51,211 bases of DNA from Promethearchaeota archaeon (GTDB lineage Archaea; Asgardarchaeota; Lokiarchaeia; Sigyniarchaeales; SOKP01): positions 1 through 51,211 of the forward strand of contig JBHLMQ010000018.1 in assembly GCA_048938005.1 (NCBI GenBank), read 5' to 3'. The notes under the pieces were generated by a model. It was not told where the DNA came from and made no database searches. It worked only from the letters and a program-made list of their open reading frames with translations. The position numbers and the translations under genes are program-made. This document shows, one piece after another, positions 19,301 to 28,291 of this stretch (its first letter is position 1; every line of letters starts with the position of its first letter).

Positions 19301-21687
19301 TTTATTTTAATGATACACTAAAAAATCAACCTATTAACGGTATTATGTGGTATAGTATCAATGGTGGAATATGGCAATCTACGGCAACCAACAATGGTAC
19401 GGCTGGATATTACAATGTAACAATTGATTGTAGTTCCTTCGATCCTTATGGGTCTCAAAGTGTTTCGATCTCATTAAATCAAACTTATTATCAGAATAAA
19501 ACTCTTGATTATAATTTTAAAGTAATATGTTTAACAGAATTAAACATAACTAATCCAATTCAATTTATAAATAAATTTTCGGATGAATTATTCAACATTA
19601 CAGTTTATTTTTATGATAATAATAAAGTTTTAGGTATTACAGGTGCAAATATCAGTTATAATGTTAATGGAACGGTATACAATTATGTTTATGAGGTAGG
19701 AAATGGCTATTACAATATTACTATTTACAATTGGCAAGTACGTAGTGATACTGGTTATGGCTTAATTGACATCACCATAAATGCAAATAAAACTAATTAT
19801 TTTAATCAAACGTCAGTTTATCATTATTATCTATATAACGCAACCACACAGTTAATAGACCAAGACACTTTAAATGTAATAAGAAGTCAAAATGTTACTT
19901 TTACGAGTTATTATTTGTTTAACGATTCGACTCCTATACTAGGAGCAAATCTACAAATGATTTCAATCAATTCAAACTTTATTTATACTTGGGGAGATAA
20001 TGGAGATGGTAGCTATTATATAGAACTGGGTACTACTAATGTGCTTGGAATGGGTAATATTCCCTACACTATTATCTTCAATATATCTTCACAATTTAAT
20101 CAAACTCAGGTGTATTCGGTAAACCTATATGTATGGAATAGAACTGATTATATAGTTAATAACTTAAGTCAGACAAATTACTCTTACTATCTCAATTCTG
20201 AACCGTGGATAATTTATTATGGTGAAGATGTTACATTTAATATTTCTTATTTCGATACAGATAATGGTGATGAGTTGATATCTGGAGCATGGGGTAATTT
20301 TACATTATTTAATTCAACGAAGAATTGGGATCCTATTTTGATATATACTGATATCAATGGATTTTATATTTTCACATTAAATACAAGTGATTTATTTACA
20401 GGAATATATAATGTTAAAGTAAAATTAAATTCAACATATTTTAATTCCACAATAAGTATTTTTCAATTCGAGATAATAGCTTGCAACGTTTCAGCTAACA
20501 TTTTATCTTTAATTCAATATGGAAGTACTATTAATTTAAATAACACGATTTATGAAGCTTATTTTGGTGATAACATTACAATTTATATGAGTTTTCTTAA
20601 TTCCTTTTCAAATACATCTATAATTGGAGGATTTGGAAACTTAACATTCAACAATCAAAGTATTTTTTATTCAGATATCGATAAAGATGGAATTTATATT
20701 TGGGAACTAAATTCTAGCAATTTAGAATTTGGTAGATATTCATTTACTGTTAACTTCAATAAAGTAAATTTCCAAAATCATTCTTTTGAAATATTTTTCG
20801 ATATTAATAAGTTTAATATTAATATAACCATTGTTGAACAACCAGATGAAGTCGCTCCTGGTAATATTTTCAGTATTACATTGAATATTACTAATCAATT
20901 TATTGGTGAGCCAATTAGTAATTTAAATATTTCAATTTTAGTAGATTTCGGGACTATTTCATGGGAAGCTACTAATGTATCTTTAAGCAACGGATTAATT
21001 TATTTTTACGTCTTTGTCCCCAATAATGCAACGCTTGTGAATATAACCATTCAATTTCTTGGAGATAACTCTTTTAATGCTTCTGAAATTGTTTTTTCTA
21101 TCAAAATAAAAGCAGAAGATAATGGGAATATTATAAGTGAATTTCTATTAATTGCGTTGTATCTAATCCTGATCATAGGTGCTGTAGTTGGAAGCGGATT
21201 ATTCATAATTTATAGAAAGAAGAGATTAAGTTCATCAGAATCGATTGTTGAAGAAGATCATAAATTATTAGCCTCAATGAAATCCGAAGAGGAATTTAAA
21301 GAGTCTCTCCAAGAGGAAATTGTCATAAAAAAATCTATTGAAGCTACTAAACAAATTAATAAACTTATTAAAAAACAAGTTGATATTGATAATGGATTCA
21401 AGATTTTAAGCCTAGATAGATTAAAAGGTAAAATGGAATCCAAAATATCCGCGTTTATAGAAAAAGCAGAAGAAATTAAGAAATTAGAAGAAAGAGAAGT
21501 AATAGTAGAGAAACTAGATAAAGTGGGTCTCATGGAACAAATTGAACAAATTGAGTTTAAAGAGTTTAAAAATTCTATAAGGAAATTAAATAATGAAGGA
21601 TTAGATTTATTAAAAAAGGGGGAGTTGAAGAAATCACTTGAAAAATATAAGAAGATTAGAGATTTGTTAAGTAACTATTTCAAATAA
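16393..21687 (+). CDS. Large membrane-anchored surface glycoprotein with tandem Ig-like repeats and a cytoplasmic helical tail
   Basis: N-terminal KKNK plus hydrophobic signal/anchor; very many N-x-S/T sequons; beta-strand repeats; TM segment at about 21142-21213 followed by RKKR and about 155 aa of K/E-rich tail. Confidence 0.88.
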   Translation: MRKKNKILLLSFVLIINGMILFSSVFKDNLIKSEIDKGTQGPGNLHFKNFKISDYSPNYLGIGEKVNITLQQSLLNNSLISFSDLDIDNTFTEPCPTVNNFNSSFINILIEDIKADNISSVVQNNPDDGEIDCATTRLTSFSVSANSYIINASINIRRTANPTGDIYLYASSWNSVLNRSEPTGIPTTIGTITPTVNGWLYIDLIDTFLNNSNTDNKTWFFGVVRTSGGGSIQWRYTDDSPMNNNSYAYYTNAGWIYEPRDYLLEIGLAPINTTPNPQDIGLKINNTQVINYGVGSGYWTSIGEFQSSSGILSFKIVSDWKALSLNITEVQINYTKTDLQASSEFNVFKGASKISWNVSRTGGFNYFDPKINDHTTINFTIPANWNDINVFNSTVNKTNNILIRNLNNVYKEVQVLNAGNGTFWFLNATSSNLLQSIDTFENSNPTTIFNYSSIIHFNATFSKKIAQNDGIINLSVYSPAAINDELNFTETYTSFGPASKISLNDWDVSDNITQYGIFRVQVSWNNDSDAGFLEKNITIIGETDLTLIKPLQNASFNSDQIFNITVYFHDSGLNKSIDGTLWYSINSEIWQSTINNNGTTGYYNITIDCSTLYPYGPQNVSLSLNQTYYYNKSLDYYFNLIGISELTLISPAQNSFFTPNQRFNITVYYNDTLNNQPINGTMWYSINGETWESTTNNNGTTGYYNITIDCSKLYSYGSQNVSISINHTSYQNKTLEYKFSVVGLSELTLVAPNQNATFYSDQFFKVSVYYNDTINDKPINGTMWYSINGGVWQSTTKNNGTDGYYNISIDCSILVPYGPQSVSISLNHTDYQNKTLVYNFKVIGVSDLTLITPNQNATFYSDQIFNITVYYNSTTNNQPINGTMWYSINGGSWQYTADNNGTTGYYSITIECNTFDPYGPQSVSISLNQTYYQNKTLYFNFTIIGLTELILISPSQNQLFSTNQTFSMIVYFNDTLKNQPINGIMWYSINGGIWQSTATNNGTAGYYNVTIDCSSFDPYGSQSVSISLNQTYYQNKTLDYNFKVICLTELNITNPIQFINKFSDELFNITVYFYDNNKVLGITGANISYNVNGTVYNYVYEVGNGYYNITIYNWQVRSDTGYGLIDITINANKTNYFNQTSVYHYYLYNATTQLIDQDTLNVIRSQNVTFTSYYLFNDSTPILGANLQMISINSNFIYTWGDNGDGSYYIELGTTNVLGMGNIPYTIIFNISSQFNQTQVYSVNLYVWNRTDYIVNNLSQTNYSYYLNSEPWIIYYGEDVTFNISYFDTDNGDELISGAWGNFTLFNSTKNWDPILIYTDINGFYIFTLNTSDLFTGIYNVKVKLNSTYFNSTISIFQFEIIACNVSANILSLIQYGSTINLNNTIYEAYFGDNITIYMSFLNSFSNTSIIGGFGNLTFNNQSIFYSDIDKDGIYIWELNSSNLEFGRYSFTVNFNKVNFQNHSFEIFFDINKFNINITIVEQPDEVAPGNIFSITLNITNQFIGEPISNLNISILVDFGTISWEATNVSLSNGLIYFYVFVPNNATLVNITIQFLGDNSFNASEIVFSIKIKAEDNGNIISEFLLIALYLILIIGAVVGSGLFIIYRKKRLSSSESIVEEDHKLLASMKSEEEFKESLQEEIVIKKSIEATKQINKLIKKQVDIDNGFKILSLDRLKGKMESKISAFIEKAEEIKKLEEREVIVEKLDKVGLMEQIEQIEFKEFKNSIRKLNNEGLDLLKKGELKKSLEKYKKIRDLLSNYFK
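18010..19524 (+). repeat. Five tandem 303-bp (101-aa) intragenic repeats
   Basis: The TGG of WYSIN falls at 18136, 18439, 18742, 19045 and 19348 (exact 303-bp period). Units start at 18010, 18313, 18616, 18919 and 19222; more degenerate units follow 19525. Confidence 0.95.
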
Positions 21688-21853
21688 TTTATTTTAAATT
21701 GTATATCCTTTAAAAAACCGTATTGAATAAATAACTATTAAAATTTGACTTTACATGCTTCTATGTTAATTATATTAACCGATTAATAATATTGGAGAAC
21801 ATCTATGAAATATTAGCAATGAATTTAAATATTTTTAGTTTTATTAAGTAATT

Positions 21854-21994
21854 GTGTCGGATAAAGAGATTGCTTATGATATAAGGTTAGAAGAAAGGTT
21901 AGAGGAGATTAAACTCCAAATTTGGTTGAACGAAGAATTACAGATACAACCTCAAAAACATCATTTACTAATAATCAAGAACCTTACAAATTAA
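21854..21994 (+). CDS. Possible 46-aa small protein (MSDKEIAYDIRLEERLEEIKLQIWLNEELQIQPQKHHLLIIKNLTN)
   Basis: GTG-start ORF in an otherwise empty 345-bp gap; amphipathic E/L/I pattern; no RBS seen and no family recognised. Confidence 0.3.
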   Translation: MSDKEIAYDIRLEERLEEIKLQIWLNEELQIQPQKHHLLIIKNLTN

Positions 21995-22032
21995 ATATGA
22001 AATTAATCTTTTTATGCAATTTCACTATTTTT

Positions 22033-22317
22033 TTAATCTTTATAATTCTTTTTTGTACTAATAAGAGTAGTAGTGGCTTCTATCCATTGAGATAATTCCG
22101 TATCAGACCGACAAAATGATACTATTTTATCTAAATCCTTAAGGTTATTAAATTTGCACTCAACTAATAAATCCCAACCACCATATATAGGAGTAACATA
22201 AGTAATTTCCCAATCTTCATTTGGATTGTTAGATTTCAAACCTTTCAATTTTTCTGTGACTTTCCATTGAGTACCAATGATTTTCAGTCGAATTAAAATA
22301 TATCCACGATAATAAAT
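22033..22317 (-). CDS. Stand-alone Lrp/AsnC ligand-binding (RAM) domain protein, probable ATT start
   Basis: YVTPIYGGWDLLVEC...TTTLI RAM motif. Frame is open upstream of TTG 22248 as IYYRGYILIRLKIIGTQWKVTEKL; AGGTG at 22330-22326 lies 8 nt before ATT at 22317. Confidence 0.82.
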   Translation of the reverse strand: MYYRGYILIRLKIIGTQWKVTEKLKGLKSNNPNEDWEITYVTPIYGGWDLLVECKFNNLKDLDKIVSFCRSDTELSQWIEATTTLISTKKNYKD

Positions 22318-22453
22318 TAATTTAACACCTAAATATTAATATGATTTTTCTTTTCTTACCGTTTATCAAATGCTTTAATAAGTTGTAATATATTTATTAA
22401 TATTTTTTAAGATAGATCATCAGAAAGATGAACCATTAAAATATCAATCTGAT

Positions 22454-25400
22454 CTACCAATAAATTTTTTTTAATGTTTTATGGTACTCATTAAGAGATT
22501 TAATCTCAACTTTTTTCTCTCGAACATTTTCAATGGCATCTACAATAGCTTTTGCTAGTTCCAAATTGATTATTACAGGAATATTATAATCTACAGCCAT
22601 TCTGCGTATTTTATACTCATCTTCAATGATTGTTTTAAATTTTTCTTCGACAGTTGTAGGCATCGGAATATTAATTACCATGTCTATACGACCTTCTTGC
22701 AAGCATGCCATTATATTGGGTTCTTTTCCATACTCATGAACTTTATATAATTTTACTGCTTCAACTCCATTTCCCTTTAGGGCAATTGCGGTATCTTCTG
22801 TAGCAAAAATATTAAATCCTAAACTTTTTAACTTTTGAGCAAAAGGGATAACTTGTTTCTTCAATTCTTCTCCACCTACAGAAATTAACACATTACCTCC
22901 TTCAACAGGGATATTCATTTCTGTAGCTTCTAAGGCCTTTATTAGTGCGTCTTGGAAATCCTCTCCTATAATTCCGATTTCGCCTGTTGATGCCATTTCA
23001 ACGCCAAGTCTGAAATCTGCCCTATCTAATCTTACAAATGAGAACATGGGGGCTTTGATGCCAACATATTCTCCATAAGGAAGCGTAAGAAGGATTTCCG
23101 GGATTTTCTTACCCATTATTACCTCAGCTGCTAATCTCATTAGATTAATTCCTCTTGTCTTCGAAACATAAGGCATACTACGACTAGAACGTAAATTACA
23201 CTCAATTACATAAACCCCCCCATTCTTTACTAGATATTGGATATTAAAAGGTCCTTGTATTTTAAGAGCTAAAGCAATTTGTTTTGTATTATTTTCTATT
23301 GTAGTTATAACCTCTTTAGGAACGGTTTGAGGAGGAATTGCCATTGTAGCATCTCCACTATGGATCCCTGCATTTTCAATATGTTCCACAATTGCACCTA
23401 TTAATACATTATCTCCATCTGATATCCCATCACACTCAATTTCTCTGGCATTAGTAAAAAATTTAGTGATAACAACTGGATATTCACTTGAAACAGATGC
23501 TGCAAGATCAAGAGTATCTTTTAATGTTTTTTCATCATAAGAAACTCTCATTGCTGCGCCACTTAATACATAAGATGGTCTAACTAATACGGGATAGCCT
23601 ACTTCCTTTGCAAAATGTAAAGCTTCTTCTTTATTAGTTAATGTCTTCCATTGTGGTTGTTTAATATTCAGCTGATCCAACATTCCACTAAATTTACTTC
23701 TATCTTCAGCCATATCTATTCTAGATCCATGGGTTCCTAATATTTTTAAATTAGTTTTTCTAAAGAATTCAGAGTATTTCGAAATTTTAGCAGCTAAATT
23801 ATTTGCTATCTGTCCTCCAGCTGAAACAACTATTCCTTCAGCTTTTTCAAGTTCACATATATCGAGAACTCGTTCTCCAGAAATTTCTTCGAAATAGAGC
23901 TTATCACTTACATCATAATCAGTTGAAACTGTTTCTGGATTATAGTTAATCATTATAGCCTGATCTATTCCCAGTTTCTTAATTCCCCATAAACAGTTAA
24001 CAGATCCCCAATCAAATTCAACTGAGGCCCCAATACGATAAGTTCCAGAACCTAATACGATTACTTTTCTGAGATTTGAATTATTTTCTTCTTCAAAATC
24101 AATATCATGCTCAGAAGCAGAGTAAGTAAGATAAAGATAATTGGTTATTGCAGGCCATTCAGCTGCTAAAGTATCAATTCTTTTAACATAAGGCTGAATA
24201 ATTAGCCTTCTTCTCATCTGTCTTATGAAGATTGTGGCAACTCCCATAATCTTAGCAATTTGCCCATCAGAAAAACCATACCTTTTAGCTCTTTCTAACC
24301 AATATCTTTTTTCAAGATCAGTGGATTCCAATAAATCAATATCTTGGAGTTGACGTTCAAGATCAATTATATTTTTTAATTTATAAAGAAACCATTTATC
24401 TATTCTTGAGAGACGATAAATTTCATCAATAGAGATGCCTTTTTTTATTGCTTCAGCAATTCTAAAAAGTCGTAAGTCAGTTGGATTTCTTAAAGCATAT
24501 TTTAATTCGTGAATATCTTCAATAGGTTCTAAATTATTTGCTATAAAGCCTTTCATCCCAATATCAAGCATTCTGATGGCTTTCTGTACAACTTCTTCGA
24601 AAGTTCTCCCTATTGCCATTACTTCACCAACACTTTTCATTTGAGAACCTATTCTACGATCCACTTTTTGGAATTTTGTTAGATCCCATCTAGGGATTTT
24701 AAGTACTAAATAATCTAACGCAGGTTCGAAACATGCTGTTGTAATTCCAGTGATTTTATTTTTTAATTCTGGTAATGTGTATCCTATTGCTAACTTGGCT
24801 GCGATATACGCTAATGGATAACCAGTTGCTTTAGATGCAAGTGCGGATGATCTCGAAAGCCTAGCATTTACTTCTATTGCACGAAACTCTTTTGAAAAAG
24901 GATCTAATCCATATTGAATATTACATTCTCCTATAATACCAAGGTTTCTTATCACCCTAATAGATGCTGAACGGAGCATATGATATTCCTCATTTGTAAG
25001 AGTCTGACTGGGGGCGATTACAATTGATTCACCAGTATGTAACCCTACTGGATCAAAGTTCTCCATATTGCAGTTAATAAAACAGTTATCTTCAGTGTCT
25101 CTGACAACTTCATATTCGATTTCTTTCCAGCCCCATATACTTTCTTCTATTAATATTTGATTTATTCGAGATTGGGCGAGACCTTTTTTTGCCATTCGTT
25201 CAAATTCCTTCATATTATTGACTATACCAGATCCCCTACCTCCCAATGTGTAAGCTACTCTAATCATACAAGGAAAACCGATCTCTTTTACAGCTTGCAA
25301 TGCCTCAGTATAAGAATTTACTGCTTGACTTTTACATACTTTAACATCGGATTTTTCCATTGCTTTAACAAAAAGATCTCTATCTTCAGTAGCTTCAATT

Positions 25401-25765
25401 GCCTCTATTGGTGTTCCAAGTACTCTTACATTGTATTTTTCCAAGATTCCTGCTTCTTTTAATTCAACTCCAACATTTAAAGCTGTTTGACCTCCAAACG
25501 CTAATAAAATACCGTCTATTTTTTCTTTCTTTATTACTTCCTCTACATATTTAACGTTAATTGGCAATAAGTAAACTCTATCTGATAATTCTGGGTCAGT
25601 TTGGATTGTAGCAATATTCGGGTTTATTAAAATAGTCTCTATTCCTTCTTCCTTAAGAGCTTTTAACACTTGACTTCCAGAGTAATCAAATTCCCCAGCT
25701 TGACCGATACGAATTCCTCCAGATCCTAAAACCAATGCCTTTTTAATGGTTGTATCTAATGGCAA
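22454..25765 (-). CDS. carB: Carbamoyl-phosphate synthase large subunit
   Basis: GSGGIRIGQAGEFDYSG, NPNIATIQTD, EVNARLSRSSALASKATGYP, NYNPETVSTDYD and HSGDA motifs; C-terminal MGS-like domain; TTG start. Confidence 0.97.
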   Translation of the reverse strand: MPLDTTIKKALVLGSGGIRIGQAGEFDYSGSQVLKALKEEGIETILINPNIATIQTDPELSDRVYLLPINVKYVEEVIKKEKIDGILLAFGGQTALNVGVELKEAGILEKYNVRVLGTPIEAIEATEDRDLFVKAMEKSDVKVCKSQAVNSYTEALQAVKEIGFPCMIRVAYTLGGRGSGIVNNMKEFERMAKKGLAQSRINQILIEESIWGWKEIEYEVVRDTEDNCFINCNMENFDPVGLHTGESIVIAPSQTLTNEEYHMLRSASIRVIRNLGIIGECNIQYGLDPFSKEFRAIEVNARLSRSSALASKATGYPLAYIAAKLAIGYTLPELKNKITGITTACFEPALDYLVLKIPRWDLTKFQKVDRRIGSQMKSVGEVMAIGRTFEEVVQKAIRMLDIGMKGFIANNLEPIEDIHELKYALRNPTDLRLFRIAEAIKKGISIDEIYRLSRIDKWFLYKLKNIIDLERQLQDIDLLESTDLEKRYWLERAKRYGFSDGQIAKIMGVATIFIRQMRRRLIIQPYVKRIDTLAAEWPAITNYLYLTYSASEHDIDFEEENNSNLRKVIVLGSGTYRIGASVEFDWGSVNCLWGIKKLGIDQAIMINYNPETVSTDYDVSDKLYFEEISGERVLDICELEKAEGIVVSAGGQIANNLAAKISKYSEFFRKTNLKILGTHGSRIDMAEDRSKFSGMLDQLNIKQPQWKTLTNKEEALHFAKEVGYPVLVRPSYVLSGAAMRVSYDEKTLKDTLDLAASVSSEYPVVITKFFTNAREIECDGISDGDNVLIGAIVEHIENAGIHSGDATMAIPPQTVPKEVITTIENNTKQIALALKIQGPFNIQYLVKNGGVYVIECNLRSSRSMPYVSKTRGINLMRLAAEVIMGKKIPEILLTLPYGEYVGIKAPMFSFVRLDRADFRLGVEMASTGEIGIIGEDFQDALIKALEATEMNIPVEGGNVLISVGGEELKKQVIPFAQKLKSLGFNIFATEDTAIALKGNGVEAVKLYKVHEYGKEPNIMACLQEGRIDMVINIPMPTTVEEKFKTIIEDEYKIRRMAVDYNIPVIINLELAKAIVDAIENVREKKVEIKSLNEYHKTLKKIYW

Positions 25766-25769
25766 TTAC

Positions 25770-26903
25770 CTATAACTCCATAAGTTCTATAAATTTATCA
25801 AAAAGGTATAAGGAATCTAATGGCCCTGGAGACGCTTCTGGGTGAAATTGGACAGCAAATATAGGTTTATCTTTATGAATTAGTCCCTCATTTGAATTAT
25901 CATCAATATTTCTAAGAAATTCCTTAAAACCGCTTCCTTCAAAATCTTTAACACAGAATCCATGATTTTGAGAGGTAACATAACATTGATGAGTTTCAGG
26001 ATTTATAACTGTTTTATTACCTCCTCGATGACCATATTTTAATTTATATGAAGAACCACCAGCGCCTAAACCAATGATTTGATTACCTAAGCAAATCCCC
26101 ATAGTTGGGACATTATTTTTAATTAAATTACGAGCAACTTCTATCGCGCCTTTATATATTGCGGGGTCGCCTGGTCCGTTAGAAATGAATACGCCATCCG
26201 GATTAAACTTTATTATTTCTTCGTAATTATGATTATAGGGTACAAGAATTACTTCAATCCTTCTATTCACTAAATTTCTAAGAATATTGTTTTTTACTCC
26301 TAAATCTAACACTACAACTTTACCTATTGGCTCTGAAGGTATGAATCTCTTAATTTCTTTGGTTGATACTTCACTTACTAAATGTCTAAGGTTGGGATCT
26401 TGCACTTCTTTTACTTCTTCTCTTAGTTCATCAATATTTGGCTTTTCACCTGGATTGTAAACAGAAATTATTCCTACCTGAACACCCTCTTCTCTTAAAA
26501 TTTTAGTTATTGCTCTAGTATCAATCCATTCAATTCCTGGTACATTCTCCTCAAGAAGAAATTCATTCAGGGTTTTTACACTTTCATAATGACTTGGATT
26601 TTTACAGCATTCATTAACTACAAATCCACTTACTTTAATAGAATCTGATTCAAAATATTTATGAACTCCAAATTCATCTTTTTCCCAAGCGGGAACTCCA
26701 TAATTTCCAACAAGAGGGTGAGTCATTACCACAATTTGACCATGATATGAAGGATCTGTCAAAGTTTCATTATAACCTGCACCAGTAATTGTAGTAAAAA
26801 CAATTTCTCCTCCAACTTTTTTTGTTGCTCCAAATCCCATCCCTTCAAAATAACGACCATCTTGAAGCATTAAAATTGCTGGTCTTTCTTTTTTATAAAG
26901 CAT
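25770..26903 (-). CDS. carA: Carbamoyl-phosphate synthase small (glutaminase) subunit
   Basis: TDPSYHGQI, GNYGVP, SNGPGDP, GICLGNQ (nucleophile Cys), SQNHGF and QFHPEASPGP motifs. Confidence 0.97.
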   Translation of the reverse strand: MLYKKERPAILMLQDGRYFEGMGFGATKKVGGEIVFTTITGAGYNETLTDPSYHGQIVVMTHPLVGNYGVPAWEKDEFGVHKYFESDSIKVSGFVVNECCKNPSHYESVKTLNEFLLEENVPGIEWIDTRAITKILREEGVQVGIISVYNPGEKPNIDELREEVKEVQDPNLRHLVSEVSTKEIKRFIPSEPIGKVVVLDLGVKNNILRNLVNRRIEVILVPYNHNYEEIIKFNPDGVFISNGPGDPAIYKGAIEVARNLIKNNVPTMGICLGNQIIGLGAGGSSYKLKYGHRGGNKTVINPETHQCYVTSQNHGFCVKDFEGSGFKEFLRNIDDNSNEGLIHKDKPIFAVQFHPEASPGPLDSLYLFDKFIELMEL

Positions 26904-27038
26904 TGACTCTCTTGTAAGATCCTTCTTTTATATTCTTAAAATAAAAATAGCTAATCCTTTTTTTAATATTAATTATTAACTCGTTAAATAAAGTAAACCA
27001 TAAATAGAGCTAATTTAGGATTTGAGAGATTAAGAAAT

Positions 27039-28082
27039 TTATTTAAAAACATACCCAATATCTTTAAAAAATTGTTGTTTATTCATGCTTATTGATTGAA
27101 TAATTTGTTCTATATTTATTTCCTCAAAAGTGCTAAACCATGAATAATTTTGGGAGTTAATAATTTTTAAATCTTCAGATTCTTTTAGAGTTATTATGTT
27201 TTGATCTAATAAAAATGATGGGTCTAATATGTCTGTCTTTCCTTTATCTAACATATTAAGATTTTGGAGCATACACTCAAGTAAATCATCATAAAAAAGA
27301 AGTGGAAGATACTTTATTTCATTTGGTATTAATTCATATATCATTGCGTTTTGTGAATCAATATCGCTTTTAAAACCTCTCTCAGTTAAGTCATATACAT
27401 CAATATCTACGAGTTCTGGATGATATTGAAGTTGTTCAACCTTTTTCCTTTTTTTATAATATTTCGCTATTTTTTGTATATATAATCTAACATTAATTTC
27501 TTTACGCCGTGTTTCAATTAAAATAGAGTTTTCTTTTAATCGTTTCTCACAAATTTCTTTAACAGTCTTGCAATAATTTATCGCTGCACTATTAAGATCT
27601 TCATTATTAAGTTTTGCCTTCAGTACATTATGAATATAAGCCCTTAAAAATGCTGAAAAATCTTCTTCAAGACGTATCAATTTTGCATAAAGATACTTCG
27701 TAGAATCCCACCATTTTTTTGCTTTTTCTATAGTAAGAGAAAGAAAAAATTTTTCATGAGCGCGAATTTCAGTGAAATATAATAGTTTTTCGAATCCAAA
27801 TTGAAGAAATGGGGTTGGGTTTATTATTGCAATAAGATCTTCCTTGAGCGAGAAAGAAATAGGTTCTCTAGGACGAATTAAAACGGATTCTCTCCCATTA
27901 AATACACGATCCACTCTCATGGGTAGTGGCATTATAGGATTGGTCTTTATAGATTCTAATAGGTTTTTATGTTGTCCTGATTTGAATATAGTAAGATCGG
28001 GAGGAAAAATTTCAATGTAAAAGAAGAAAGGCGCGGCATCAGATTTAAAAATCTTGAATTTATGAATAGGTTTTTTAAACAT
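27039..28082 (-). CDS. Hypothetical soluble protein
   Basis: 347-aa ATG ORF with normal composition; no motif recognised. Confidence 0.75.
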   Translation of the reverse strand: MFKKPIHKFKIFKSDAAPFFFYIEIFPPDLTIFKSGQHKNLLESIKTNPIMPLPMRVDRVFNGRESVLIRPREPISFSLKEDLIAIINPTPFLQFGFEKLLYFTEIRAHEKFFLSLTIEKAKKWWDSTKYLYAKLIRLEEDFSAFLRAYIHNVLKAKLNNEDLNSAAINYCKTVKEICEKRLKENSILIETRRKEINVRLYIQKIAKYYKKRKKVEQLQYHPELVDIDVYDLTERGFKSDIDSQNAMIYELIPNEIKYLPLLFYDDLLECMLQNLNMLDKGKTDILDPSFLLDQNIITLKESEDLKIINSQNYSWFSTFEEINIEQIIQSISMNKQQFFKDIGYVFK

Positions 28083-28291
28083 AGTGACTAATAAAACGAT
28101 ATTTTATGCTTTTTTAAAACGATACGAATATAATATTTATTAATAGTATTTTTAAGTATCTTAAATTATTGGTCAAGGAATTCAATACAACTCAAAACCA
28201 AGTTGACTTATAATAATAGGTATAAAAATTATGCACAAATTGTTGAAGAATATATGAAAAAGTAAAAAAATAAATAAATTTTTATTACTAT

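Noticed and set aside
18010-19524. CRISPR array or diversity-generating retroelement
   Set aside because: Repeats are in-frame protein domains without spacers; differences are not adenine-restricted; no cas or reverse transcriptase gene in the window.
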